The notes: generated from the sequence alone by a model not told the origin. A stretch of 64,000 bases of DNA from Carcharhinus longimanus (GCA_030264375.1 JASCQW010000133.1:6284803-6348802), one strand, 5' to 3'. Positions 23,771-36,771 are shown, counted from the first letter of the stretch. Numbers and translations are program-made.

Positions 23771-25402
23771 GGACAGAAATTTCTGATCCCACCAATGGCA
23801 GGAGGCAGGGGCACAAAATTTGGCAAGATGACCAAAGTCAGTTTTCCACCAGTGAAATTAGTTTGAAATGTAGTTCCTCCAGTGTTGATGGCCGACTAAA
23901 GACTTTCCCGCTGATTTTTGTCAGGAACTACATTAGCATTCATATGCAGCTCATGCTTATTGAAAGGCTAACTTGCTGGAATCATGCTCCCCCTCCAAAT
24001 TAAGCGCACGCTAGTAGATAATTAAAATGGTATGTTTCCTGACCACATATAAGCAGCATGCACCTGGCAAGCTTCTTTTCATCAATGACTTTGAGGTACA
24101 TACCTACATTTGACAGTGTTCCTGTGAGATTTTGCCATGGCTGGGTGCAGGAGGCAAAACCAATGAGAAGGTGGTAGATGGAGGCAGGACCAGGAGGGAA
24201 GTGGAGAGGAAGGGGAAGGTGGAGGCAGGACAGAGGGGGTGTGGTGACAGTGCGGCAAGGAATAGAAGGGAGTAGTGAAAGACTGTCCTGGATCAAGAGT
24301 TAACAGACTGTTCCAAGGAGGAATCAAAGACTATTCTGGAGCTGAGACATATTGAAGAGATTGTCCCTGGGTTGAGGCCACGCTGTCAGGGCTATTTTGA
24401 ATAAACTGTCTTGGGGTTGAGGTATGCTCAGGTATATTGATCAGACTGTATGGGCTATGTTGGAGGTCTCTAAATGGCAGGCGTACCTTTATCCTGGGTC
24501 TTGGGGCTGCGAAGACCTCCCCTATCAATTATGCACAGCATGGCCCCACTGAGCGTGGCCAGTCATCTAAGGAATTTGGTCGAGAGGGTTAGAAGCAACG
24601 TACCATGAAGCAGATCGCACAGTTGCGTTCAGGGACAGCATCTGCATGAAATATCCAAAAATACCTTTTGGAGTGTGGGAGGAAACCAGAGCACTCTGAG
24701 GAAACCCACGCAGACATGATGAGGACGTATAGGTTCCACACAGTCACCCAAGGCTGGAATTAAACCCAGGTCCCTGGTGCTGTGAGGCAACAGTGGTAAG
24801 CAATGGGCCACCATGCCACCAAAATGGTGATCTTAAAGTGTCTGGCTGACATGCCATGCTAATGTCCCAACTGCTGGAGTATGTGACATCCCTGTAGACT
24901 CTAACCCTGAGACTGCCCACTGTTTATGGGAGTGAGAGTTTGGAGTCAGGCGAAGGTTCATTTATTCTTTTCTTGCATACAGGGTGTTCCTTTTTTGTGA
25001 CAGATGGGCCTTAATTCCCAGACAGCCTTTCTGTCCAGTGTGATCAGGTTGGTGGATCTCCTATTCCTGTTCCTTGGAAAGAGGACCTCCTGTTTTTCCT
25101 GTAGCCTGGAGGAGAATTCTCAGGGAGGCCTCAGTGAACTATGGTGGCAGAGGGTTTGTTTCTTTTTGGGGCTATTGTTACAGTGAGTTTACATCTTTGC
25201 TGTTTACACATGGCATCAGAACCTTGACCCCAGGAGGTAATGGTGAGATTTGTCAAGTTCCTCATTGCATAAATAATAAGCGGATGGTCTGGTGTGAAAA
25301 TCTCCCCTGCTGCCCAGTGAGAATCATGGCAGCTTTCCCATCCCCCACCCCCAAACCAAACCACCCCACCCCACTTGGCCACCAGAACGGAAAATTCTGT
25401 CC
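23771..25402 (-). mobile_element. Decayed PIF/Harbinger DNA transposon with a nested V-SINE (about 24650-24820)
   Basis: TIRs ggacagaaatttc and gaaaattctgtcc; - strand remnants of the Myb-like protein (FTEASLRILLQA..EVLFP, about 25030-25140) and transposase (LQHSP, about 24450-24470). Confidence 0.65.
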
Positions 25403-26102
25403 ATTTCTCCACCTGTATTTACTTGAATGATGTTTGAGATTGGTTTGTTCTCACTTTCCAGATCACCCCAACAACTGGCCCTCCAAAAAAAACTTTACTC
25501 TCCTAAAGGAGAAACCTTATCTTGAGGACTCTTTTTAGACTAAACCTTTCCCAGTATTAGACAGACAGAGCAGTGTTGCTGGAAGCATTAAGGAAAATTT
25601 ACTACTGTAATGGATTTAAAGCAGGAATGATTAAATTAATATAAAAGATTTACCAGTTGGATGCATCTCATTGCTATAATTTAGAAGAATGTGCTTTCAT
25701 GTGTAGAGTGTACAGCTGAGTGTACTGTCCATTTATGAAAGTTGAGAAGGTGAGAAGACAGGATATATAATATAACTTTAGATAAGTGACTGAGCTTTCT
25801 AACCAACATACCTGGACAGTTACTGGGAAATCGCACATATTTGTCCAGTTATATGGATTAACATAAGTTACAGTGGTCTTATCTGAATGCTGCTTATTGA
25901 AGTTTCAGATGAATAACAGCTTTTAACACGTCACATCTAAATCAAAGGTGGTGGAGACTGGGGTCCAAGGTTGTGAGTGCAGGATGTGATGGGGTGAGCA
26001 TGTGATATTTGGAGTCACAAGGTGTGTGTGTGTGGTATTGAGGAAAGAATAGCTGCAAGGCTATAACAGGTTACCAACAATTTATTTATTCTTTCTTTGC
26101 AG

Positions 26103-26151
26103 GAGGGAGATTTTGTTTGAATATGAACAATATGAATACCATGGAACTTCA
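26103..26151 (+). CDS. CDC45: CDC45 exon 7
   Basis: REILFEYEQYEYHGTS; ttgcag/gtacgt. Confidence 0.96.
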
Positions 26152-26205
26152 GTACGTATGTATAGCCGCAGTGGGAATATATTTATACTGTTTTTTAAAA
26201 AAAAT

Positions 26206-26940
26206 TGTTAGGGTCCTGGACTAGAATGCCAAGTTACTTTCGGTACCACATTTGGCTCAACAATTATTCTATTGGCACAAATGCAAGGATAGGATACTTC
26301 GCCCCAGAAGGAATTCCACTGACAAATTAAGGATCATTTATATTAAAATAAACTTTATTAAAGAGCACAATTTTAAATCTGACTCACAAATGAAGCAGCT
26401 TAATTATCAACAGTTAAACAATATTTTTAAAAATGGGTGAAGATCTTAATTTCTGACTTATCTGTTTCAGTTCCAAATGAGCAACATTCTTCTTGTAGCC
26501 TCAAATGCCACTTTAAATACAGTTAGCAACCATAAATATACTTGTTATAAGCGTAGACAATCTTGAAGTTTTCAGAGCAAGGGAATGAGTCTCAGTGGTT
26601 TGCAGAAGACCTCTACCTTCAAGCAATTCGCAGCCTGAATTGAAAAGCTGTTTCTGTCCTGTAGACCCAGCTCTTCCCATTAACCACGTCATCATACATT
26701 CCATTCCTTTAATCAAAAAAACCTCGAGATCTTTGCTTTCTGTCAACAAAAGTCCATTAGCTCCATCTTAGTAAACATTACATGGCTGAAATGAGCAGTT
26801 AACTGGCTCTTCCAGCATCTGAGCTAAATGTTTTCCAGACACGCTGCCTGCAGAAAAGAGTTAGTCCAGAAACAATCCCCTTGAATATAAAACAATATAT
26901 ATAGTATATAAATTTATAGCAATAGCACACTATTACCACA
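26206..26940. mobile_element. Solo LTR (Gypsy-like) with a 4-bp TSD
   Basis: Begins TGTTA, ends CCACA, flanked by aaat on both sides; contains aataaactttatt. Confidence 0.7.
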
Positions 26941-27844
26941 AAATGTAAATGCTTATTGGAACAGAAATTCCTGTGGAACAGGAATCTTCTTTTGAAAGGG
27001 GAGGATTATCACTCTTGTCATAATTCAACCTTTTCCATTGGACGATAATATGTAAGAACTTAATTTGGTGACTTAAAAAGGCTTTTCTGAATGTATGAAT
27101 CAATAAGATCTGAAGTTTAAGGCAGGGATTCATTGAAGTAACATCTGCAGGACAGATCAGGTTATGCTTTGGCAATATTTAGTGAAGTTGATCCCTTTTG
27201 GAGAAAGGCAGCAAAGGTAGGGGAATTCCTTTGAGTTGATGACACATAACTCTTGCAAAAATCAGCAAAGGTAGGGCAGTGAGCATATTTAATCTCAGAC
27301 TTCCTTTTTTCCTTCATGCCTCAGTGCTGTGCAATTCCATTAGTTACTGCATGGAAGCCTATCATGGCCATTGTCAGATAGCTAAGTACTGGAATAAATT
27401 GTGCTTTATCCTTCATTGCTGTCCTAAAGCATAGTCCAATGCATTTTTGTAATTGTTTAACAGCAGAACTATTTCTGGACAATTAATTATTTTTGTATGC
27501 TTTGTGAGCAAGGAAAATCCTCATTGTCCTGCTTCATAATGGCTGCAAGACTCATTGTTAACGGTTACTCAGTGCATCTAGGAAGATTATTAGCAAACGT
27601 GTAGCAGGAATTATTAATTTAGTTTCATTTTACATTTCTTTGGGAAAAAATGTTTGATGTAGTTTATTACTTGGATAATTGTATGCACTAAAGTTGACTC
27701 CTGTCCTTTAGGAGTTTGGTCAACTTTTTTTTTTCAAAGTGGTGACAAAACAGCAAATGTCAGCAAGCTCACTTGTGAGCTAACCAGCACAGCTCGCTCT
27801 GTTAAAGGTAATGGAAACCAGAAATGGCACTTAGTTGAAAATTG

Positions 27845-28165
27845 GGTGGCACAGTGGTTAGCACAGTGCCAGTGACCGGGGTTCGATTCCAGCCTTGGGT
27901 GACTGTGTGGCCTTTGCACAATCTCCCCATATCTGCGTGGGTTTCCTCCCACAATCTGAAGATGTTCAGGTTAGGTGGGTTGGCCATGCTAAATTGCCCA
28001 TCAGTGCCCTGAGATGTGTATGTTAGAATAATTAGCCATGGTAAGTATGTGGGGCTGCGTGGTTAGAGTGGGGGGAGAGGGCCTGGATAAAATAAAATGC
28101 TCTGTCAGCAAGTCGGTGCAGACTCTGGGCCAAATGGCTTCTTCTGCACCATTGGGATTCTATGA
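27845..28165 (+). mobile_element. HE1/V-SINE
   Basis: ggtggcacagtggttagcac head and ggttcgattcc B-box; further copies at about 20295-20570(+), 46445-46625(+), 47565-47856(-), 48230-48515(-), 54455-54765(+), 55425-55695(-) and 62420-62582(+). Confidence 0.8.
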
Positions 28166-28716
28166 TTCCAAGATTCTGTAGAATGTTTTCTCTGTCCTGG
28201 GACATGTCTGGAGTGAGCATTGTATTCTGGAATTTAAACTATTTGGATAGGCTCATGAATTTCTTTGGTGTCGCTTTCACATCCAATAAGTTCCGTAACA
28301 TTTTTAAGTTTGCTTTTTTTTTTACCTGAGAAATGTTTTCCAATGCCTTATTTGGAACTGGTTTACTGTCAAATCAGTGTTGAATAAAATGTTTTGGCAA
28401 TCGCCAAGAGCTCTGTCACCCGAGTCTGTCAATTGCTTCAGTCAACAGTTTGTGAACTCTCTATCCTCTATGATTTGTCCCACTGCAAAGTAACTAAAAG
28501 ATGTGAACCCCTGTTTGCTTATGTTTCTAAATTACACGTCAAGCATCAAGGCAGTGATTGAGCACTCCCCAGCCTCAATTTTATCTCAAGCTCATGAATA
28601 AATGCCTTCGTCATACATGATGGCCAAAGACAATTTATAGTTGTTATTGTGTAAGAGTAATATGGGTATGATGAAAAATAAGTATTTCGGACACTTGAAA
28701 ATTGAGATCCTTCATT

Positions 28717-29860
28717 GAATTCATTGAATGCGGATTACAGGGTCAGCAGTAGGGTTCTGAGGAACGTGGAGGAACAGAGAGATTTTGGGGATCATGTCTG
28801 CAGATCTCTGAAGGTTGCCACTGAAGTGGATAGAGTCGTGAAGAAGACCTATAGTGTGTTAGCGTTTATTAACAGGTTTAAGGGCTGTGGGGTTATGCTG
28901 CAACTGTACAAGACCTTGGTGAGACCACATTTGGAATATTATGTTCAGTTCTGGTCACCTCATAAGAGGGATGTGGAAGCATTGGAGAGAGTGCAGAGGA
29001 GATTTACCAGGATGCTGCCTAGCTTGGAGGGGAGGTCTTATGAGGAAAGGTTGCGGGAGCTAGGGCTTTTCTCTTTAATGTGGAGGAGGATGAGAGGTGA
29101 CTTAATCGAGGTTTATAAGATGATGAGGGGATAGATAGAGTGAACGTTCAGAGACTATTTCCAAGGNNNNNNNNNNNNNNNNNNNNNNNNNNNNNNNNNN
29201 NNNNNNNNNNNNNNNNNNNNNNNNNNNNNNNNNNNNNNNNNNNNNNNNNNNNNNNNNNNNNNNNNNGTGAAGAAGGCTTATAGTGTGTTAGCGTTTATTA
29301 ACGGGGGTTTGAGTTTGAGCCGTGGGGTTATGCTGCAACTATACAGGACCTTGATGAGACCACATTTGAAATATTGTGTGCAGTTCTGGTCACCTCACTA
29401 TAAGAAGGAGGTGGAAGCATTGGAGAGAGTACAGGATGCTGCCTGATTTGGAGGGTAGGTCTTATGAGGAAAGGTTGAAGGAGCTGGGGCTTCTCTCTTT
29501 AGAGTGGAGGAGGATGAGAGGCTACTTAGTAGAAGTTTATAAGATGATGAGGAAGATAGAGAGAGTGGATGTTCAGAGACTATTTCCTTGGGTGGATGTA
29601 GCTGTTACTAGGGGGCATAACTGTAAGATTCATGGTGGGAGATATAGGAGGAATGTCTGAGATAGGTTCTTTACTCAGAGTGGATGGGGTATGGAATGCA
29701 CTGCCTGCTGTGGTAGTGGAGTCGGACACTTTAGGCACTTTCAAGCGGTTATTGGATAGGCACGTGGAGCACACCAGAATGATAGGGAGTGGGATAGCTT
29801 GATCTTGGGTTCAGAAATAGCTCAGCACAACGAGGGCCAAAGGGTCTGTACTGTTCTATG
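28717..29860 (+). mobile_element. Two overlapping CR1 3' fragments separated by an N-gap
   Basis: LQLYKTLVRPHLEYYVQFWSP...ALERVQRRFTRMLP; the same segment recurs, diverged, after 29266. Confidence 0.9.
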
Positions 29861-30423
29861 AATATTCCTAACCTATTTGCACTGTCAAATCGTGAGTGAA
29901 ACACTGGAACCTTACAAATCCAAAAAAATGCTCCTTGTTCACTTTGGCCTGTGAATAAAATTGAATGCTCACCTCGTCAATGAATAATTCGTTTGGAAAT
30001 AGTCATTTGACCTTAAGTGTTGAGCTGTGCATTGTACTTGCCCCACTTTTTGGTGTTGGAGCAAACTGAATATTACATGTCATTTGAACCAGATAGCACC
30101 ACATTTTCTCTGCATAATTCTTTCTAGAAAGCACTTCTATAATGACTTTGCATAACAGATGCTGTGTTAGGGCAAATTTGGAATTGATCTGAATTATATT
30201 TTGGAGTGCGTTCATTTCTCTTTTTTTGTTAGCACACAACTTAAAATCCAGAACAGTATAAGCTAAGGTGTTTCAGAACATCGTTGCAGGGAAGTTGGTT
30301 AAACAATAAACAACTCTATGGTGCTTTGTGTATGTTAAATTTCCAAAGCTGCAGTGCTTTAAATTCTTACTGAATGTAAATAACCAGAACTGATTGATTA
30401 ATATCTCTGTCTCTTGCTTTCAG

Positions 30424-30485
30424 TCTGCCATGGTGATATTTGAGCTGGCCTGGATCATGTCTAAAGATTCAAATGACATGTTGTG
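30424..30485 (+). CDS. CDC45: CDC45 exon 8
   Basis: [20 protein letters not shown](W); tttcag/gtaaga. Confidence 0.97.
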
Positions 30486-30637
30486 GTAAGAGATTCCTGC
30501 ACATAATGGTTTTCTATTAAATATATTATTCAATTCTCAGCTTTGTTGCTGAGAATTTCATAGCTGTTATTAGAAAATAAGCAATTTACCCTACTGCCTG
30601 CTATAATCCTGTGTTATGTATGTCTTTTGTTTTTCAG

Positions 30638-30688
30638 GTGGGCTATTGTTGGCTTGACGGATCAGTGGGTTCATGACAAAATCACCCA
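30638..30688 (+). CDS. CDC45: CDC45 exon 9
   Basis: WAIVGLTDQWVHDKIT(H); tttcag/gtaagt. Confidence 0.97.
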
Positions 30689-30769
30689 GTAAGTTCTGGA
30701 ATGCTTCTGTACTTTTAAAGCCAATGTCAATAGGAAGCATTCCCAGGCTAAACAGTATTAGAGTGTCCT

Positions 30770-31440
30770 CATGCATGAATCGTAGAAAGCTAATATGCAG
30801 GTACTACAGGTAATGAGGAAGACAAATTGGATTCTGGGTCTTATTGCTAAAGGAATAGAGTACATAAGTAGGGAACTGTTGTTGCAACTGTACAAAGTGT
30901 CAGTGAGACAGCAGCTGTAGTATTGTGCACAGTTTTGATCCCTTTACTTAAGGAAGAGTGCATTGGAGGCAGTTCGGATTGGGTTTCACCAGATTAATTC
31001 CAGAGATGAGGGACTTGTCTTATGAAGAGAGATTGAGCAGCTTAGACCTATGTTCTTTAGAATTCAGAAGAATGAGGGGAGATTTAAGGTATGTAAGCTA
31101 TAAAGGAGATTGAGAGGGTAGACGTAGATGTTTCCTGTCATGGGGGAAACCTAAAACAAGAAGTCATAGTTTTAGGATAAGGGGTAGCAGGTTTAAAACA
31201 GATGAGAAAAATTACTTCAACGGGTTGTGAATCTATGGAATTCACTAAGTCAGTGCGGTGAATGCCGGGACATTGAGTAAATTTAAGGAGGAGATGAACA
31301 AATTTTTATTAGTAATGGGTTGAAGGGTTGTGGGGAGTGGGCAGGAAGGTGGAGGTGAGACCAGCCATGATCGTATTGAATGGTGGAGCAGGCTCGAGTG
31401 GCTGAATTGCCTACTCCTGCTCCAAATTCTTATGTTCTTG
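30770..31440 (+). mobile_element. CR1 3' fragment
   Basis: Same ORF2 C-terminus with tail cctactcctgctccaaattcttatgttc; similar fragments at 39575-40050, 43388-44043, 44765-45200, 47160-47530, 49925-50790 and 62167-62415. Confidence 0.85.
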
Positions 31441-32625
31441 TGCTTTGTTCTAATTAGATTTGTTCTTTAACAATACATCTTAACTGGAGCTGGAAAGAGC
31501 ATTTACAACTTCATGAGTGAAAGTTCCATTTCATTCATTTAAACTACCTTTGGCCATTTTTGAGCCAAATTACAAAATTATACTTTACGCAGATTTGAGT
31601 TGGGGTTGCCAGGTATTATGCAAGACCCTTTGATTCCATCAGTTTGGTTGAATTCCATCAATCTATTTCATTTCTGACATCTGGGTTCCAACACTGTTCC
31701 AACTGTATCTTCTAAATATTTTTAATTTATTTGATTAATTTAGACCCCTTAATGTGAATGTTCTTGATGTCTTCTCTTTAACCTTTGCAACAGAAAAACT
31801 ATTTAAAGTGAATTAGAGCTTGAATGCATCTAACACTGCACAACATTTGTAAGTTAGTTCTATGCAAATTAGTTGTGAGAATTGGTAAATTCAGTTGAAA
31901 TGATTAACGGGCTAATTAACATTGACTGCCAGAAGTGCCACTATACATTGCAGTCATTCTGTGGGAAAATTAGAAGTTGTGAAAATATTTTTTTAAAGGA
32001 ATCTATCAGTCTTGTAATTCTGATTATTTCATCAAAATGAATGGTCAAAAGAAGTCCCTTATTATGAAAATACTATGGGTGGACGAGGAGACAAGAAGAA
32101 TAGGACAATGTATTTCTGTTCTCCTTATGCCCCCATAATTGTCCAAGATTGTAAAGAGATGCCCCCACATTATTGTAGTTGTACATTTATTCAACAAATA
32201 TTTTCCATGTGCGTATTTATTCCTGAAACTGATAGATAATGTACTCGTATAAACACAAAATCCTGAGAATGGTAATATTCTTTATAGTGTCATTCCCCCT
32301 CCCTGCACCCGGCAAATTCTTGATAATGCACAAGAGCTTTACAAACTTCTAAAGACTGCATTCCTTCAACTTTGACCTCTTGGGTATTCTCAACTATCTC
32401 TGGCCCACTATTGCCTTCAGTTGTCTAGGTTCTGATCTCTGGAATTTCCTCTCCTAACCTTCTCTCATTCGCTCTCTCTCTCTTATCTGAATATACTTCT
32501 GTGAAGTGCTTTGGGAAGCTTTGTAATGGCACTAGATAAGGCTTGGATGGCACTTCTGAATTTGATTTTTGTTTCTTTTGGTCGTAAAATGAGGTTTAAT
32601 TATAGCATATCTTTTTGCTCTGCAG

Positions 32626-32745
32626 CATAAAATATGTGACTGACGTTGGCACTGTGCAGCGTCATGTCTCACGACACAATCATCGCAATGAGGATGAGGA
32701 GAACACACTTTCTATTGACTGCATGAGGATCTCCTTTGACTACGA
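32626..32745 (+). CDS. CDC45: CDC45 exon 10
   Basis: [39 protein letters not shown](D); followed by U12 donor GTATCCTTT. Confidence 0.97.
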
Positions 32746-33857
32746 GTATCCTTTAATCACAGCATGGATCAAAGCAATGAGACAAAAATAAAAAAGTTAA
32801 TACTGTAAACTACTGGGCAGTAAACATCAAAAACGTGGTCCTAATGTGCTTTCTTAAAATGCATTTGTTTTGTTATTAAGTTAAACTTTATTATTTCAGT
32901 AGGTTTGAAATCAAATTATTTTCATTATTTTCAATAAAGCAATGAAGCATATTATGCAACCTTGCTGGACATTGTGCCCTGGTGCCCATGCTATTGGTCA
33001 TGGATGGGAAGGTTCATATTTCTTTTACTATTCAGTATTTCAAGCAAACAGAAGCAATGTTATCCTCAGGATCTCAGCTGATGCATAGAAAGGAATCAAA
33101 CATGATTGGCCATTTTATTGTCAATTTTCTCAATTGCAAAGACTTAATAAGGGCCCTTGGAATAAGTTGCCTGTCTGCTTTGGTACAGAATGTTCCATTC
33201 CAGAAGGTTGGTGAAGAAGTTAACTTGAGCCAATCTTTACACAGTTGCACATGACAAGCATACTTCTCTGAACCCAACAACCACAGTTTTTGTCTGGGGG
33301 GGCTCAATTCCAGTTAATGTCCACCATCTGCTATTGAACTGTTAATCTACAACTAACATAGGTGTATTCAAATGTGGAATACAGCAGAAAGGGAGTAGAT
33401 AAACAACATTGCAAAAAGAAATAAAATCTTTAGTTAAGCTACTATTCAGTGAAATGGAACAAGAAGCTCCCCCATCTGTTGTCTACCACACGGTGTAACG
33501 TTCAGGGGGAGATGGTCGCAGTGGATGACACATGGTAGACCTTGTGATGATCTCTGGCTCCACTAGAGATTTGCAGACTCAGAGAGAAAGAGAGTGGTCT
33601 AATGACACTTAACAGATGATGCACTAATTCTGGACTTAGTTAAAAGATTTTTGTGCAAAACCTCTTTGCATTGATACTACAGTTTGAGTGTGAATGCAGC
33701 CTTTGCTACTCATTCCTCACCTCTACTATTGGTCCACTTTTTCTCCAGTTCCTTGGTAGGATGTTTAGAGATTATTTTGTAATCCTCTCATTCCGAGCTG
33801 AACTTTCTAAATATTTGGCTGATTTTTTTTCTCTCCTTAACTGCATGCCTGCTGCAG
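32746..33857 (+). other. U12-type (minor spliceosome) GT-AG intron 10 of CDC45
   Basis: 5' splice site GTATCCTTT; branch point TCCTTAAC at 33834-33841, 16 nt before the exon; no polypyrimidine tract between the branch point and AG. Confidence 0.95.
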
Positions 33858-33989
33858 CCTGCGCTTAGCCCTGTATCAGCATTGGACACTGTATGAAAGT
33901 ATGTGCAACTCCAGTTACACCTATGCCAATCTCAAACTGTGGTCCATGCAAGGTCTGAAGAGACTGCAAGAGTTTCTTGCAGACATGGG
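33858..33989 (+). CDS. CDC45: CDC45 exon 11
   Basis: [43 protein letters not shown](G); donor gtatgt. Confidence 0.97.
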
Positions 33990-34019
33990 GTATGTGAATC
34001 CTTTAAATCCACTTCCGTT

Positions 34020-35290
34020 GAGAGTTTAAAGAGTGGGCCCGAGGGGGAGCAGTGAGACAGTGATGAGAGCTAGAAGAGTGGACCCGAGGGAGAGCAGTGA
34101 GACAGTAGCAAAAGTTTAAAGAATTAGACGTGAGTCTGTGGGTTCAGAGTAGACCATCTGTGTTCTGAAGAAAATTAAAGTGTGACCTGACCAGAAAAAA
34201 GATCAGACTTTGATTAGTGAGTATTTTTCTCTTTTCTTTCTCTAACCTATGGTGTTTATTGAAATTAAAAGTATTTTAAATAAGTTAAATAAAACATAAT
34301 AAGAATGGCTGGACAGGCAATGTGTTGCAGCTGTAAAATGTAGTAACTGGTGATCACTATGTGATCCATGGCAACCCAAATATCTAGCTCTAGGAACTTG
34401 GATCAGAGTTGATGAGCTGGAGTCTGAGTTTAGGATACTGCAATGCATCAAGGAGTGGCAGGGTTACCTGAAGACTTTATTCTAGAAGACAGTCACAGCC
34501 CCTAGGTTAGGTTCTTCTGATTTAGTCATTGGTTAGAACAGGATAGCATGACTTTGAGTGAGGCAGGTGTAGGGATTGCGAGGCTGAAAGTAGAGAAGTC
34601 TCCATCCTCACAGTGTCCAACAGGTTTGAGGTTCTTAGATCTTGTGTGGACAAGAGCAGTGACTGCAGGATGGATGAGGAAACTGATCACAGCACCATGA
34701 TGCAAGGAGACATTCAAGTTGGAGGGAGTAAAAAGAAAGGAGTTGTAGAAGGGACAGTATAATTAAAGGGTTGACAATCTTTGAGCCAAGAGCATGTGTC
34801 TTGAAATTTGTATTGCTTTCTTGGTGCTGGGGTTGACATGTTTGCTAGGGCCTAAAGAGGAGCTTGCAACGGGAGGGGAAGGATCTGGTTGTCGTGGTCC
34901 ACCAGAGTACTAATAACATAGATATGACCAAGAAGGAGGTTCAGCTTGGGGATTAAGAGCAGCTAGAGGCTAAATTAAAGAAGCAGAACCACAAAGACAA
35001 TCTCTGGATTATTACCTGATCCATGAGTGAATTGGCAAGGGGTAAATAAAAATAAAATTGAAAATAAAAAAGAATGGTGTGGATGAAATCGGTTTTGATT
35101 CCTGGTAAACTCATCAGTGCTGGGAAATGAGAGAGTAGTCCTATTGGACTGTCTTCACCTGAATTGCACTAGGACTGGTCCCTGGTGAATTATATAACTA
35201 GGGCTGCATAATTTGCTTTTGACTAAATAAGGGGGGGAGAATCACATGAGAGGAGAATTAATAAGTCAAAGAGAAAGGACAAGGCAAGGA
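34020..35290 (+). mobile_element. CR1 5'UTR and decayed ORF1 (zinc-finger/esterase), lacking ORF2
   Basis: Short tandem duplication gagtgg(g/a)cccgaggg..gagcagtgagacagt; remnants of the esterase motifs GDSIIKG (about 34751), VVVH..TNNI (about 34890) and LHLN (about 35153). Confidence 0.7.
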
Positions 35291-35639
35291 AAACACCTCT
35301 GTCAGTCCTCTGCTGTTGCAATTGTGCATGTGCAATCACAGAGGTCTAAAAAATGTAACGTAACTTGTATTTAAAGTTGTGAATATTAAGATTGTGAATA
35401 ATTACCAGTCTGTGCTCACAATAGTCAATTTCAAGGAGATTAATTATTTCCAATTTCCACAGTCCTTCAAATATGGAACGTATTTTCTAAATGTCCTAAT
35501 TTTGTTTTAACTTCCCCTCGTTTTGATAGCATTAGGTAAAATGTACTCATTATATACTGTTTCATGGTTGCTGGTTGTCCTGTAGTTGGCAGGTGACATA
35601 TAATGTGGGAAATATACTGCCCAAAACCCCAAGAAGCCA

Positions 35640-35890
35640 ATTTATTTGTGTGCCTGGAGAGTCAATGTTCGTAAACCGTTTTGACGACACTGGACTTTAT
35701 AGCTGAACCTGATCCCATGCTCACTTAATATTTACATGTCGCTCTTGCCAGGAGTTACAAACCAGATATCAGGAACTGGACTCCTGTCATTTTGTACTCC
35801 CTGGCCCAAGGAATGGAAAGCCCAATTTCAGTGAACACAGTGCAGAAGATGATTCAAATCTGAGTCTTTGGTCTATATGGATCACCACTA
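35640..35890 (-). mobile_element. LF-SINE-like element
   Basis: Diverged match to the LF-SINE body as I recall it (cctgatccc.tgctcac...ccaggagttac...atcagga...ctccctggcccaagg...ccaatt); others at about 45400-45760(+), 46975-47085(+) and 57420-57550(-). Confidence 0.5.
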
Positions 35891-36021
35891 TTTGCCTTTT
35901 TCAAAGGGAGTCAGTGATGTTACATTTAAACCTCCCTATTTGTGTTGTAGTGTCCATGCAACTGCTGGTTTTGGATTTGTTTATTTCAATCTAAACATTA
36001 ATTTTCTCACTTATGTTGCAG

Positions 36022-36120
36022 ACTTCCCCTGAAACAGGTCAGGCAGAAGTTTAACTCCATGGACATCGCATTGAAGGAAAATTTACGGGAAATGATTGAG
36101 GAATCGGCTAACAAATTTGG
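36022..36120 (+). CDS. CDC45: CDC45 exon 12
   Basis: [32 protein letters not shown](G); ttgcag/gtataa. Confidence 0.97.
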
Positions 36121-36771
36121 GTATAAACAAAATAATCTTAAATTTACAGTCATAGAATTACTATGGTCTGATTTTATCAAAGACAAAGTGAATGCACGCT
36201 GCTGAATAGTGAGCGGGAGTTGATTTCCTGTTGCATTGTGGGCAGATTGAAGCATTGAAGGTGCCTTTGTACTGCACTCAAAATAAAAGATAAATATGAT
36301 TAAGATTTTAGTGATTGTACTGGGGAGTGCCTTTCTGGGGAAAGGTGGAAAGAATTGGTTCTCCTGCACCTAGAAACAGTTAGCAATTTTGAGTTCTGAT
36401 TGTTTAAACATTGTTGAACTGCACATGATCAGAAACAGAGTTTCTTCATTCTGTTTCCATCCTGAAGTCATTAGTAGTGATAATGAAAGTAGCTTTCAGA
36501 GTTGATGGCTTGCAGAATTGCAATTGCAAAGTTCACAGTTCTTGATTGGTCTCGTTCTCAATTTATTCTTTATGCAGTATGTTACTGTTTGTATTTATTG
36601 TTCCTTAGGACATGTATGTCACTAACAGGGCTAGGAATTAATGCCCATCCTTGGTTGTCATTAAGAAGGCTGTGGTGGGCCACCATTTTATATCACTGCA
36701 GCCCCTATTTTACAGGTGTTTCCACACAGCTGTTGAATGAGGAGTTTCAGGATTTTGATGCTGTGAGAAAG

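Noticed and set aside
28715-29134. 139-aa ORF as a host gene
   Set aside because: CR1 ORF2 C-terminal fragment with deletions
28717-29860. True tandem CR1 duplication
   Set aside because: The copies are separated by a 100-N gap and diverged; nested insertion or scaffolding error cannot be excluded
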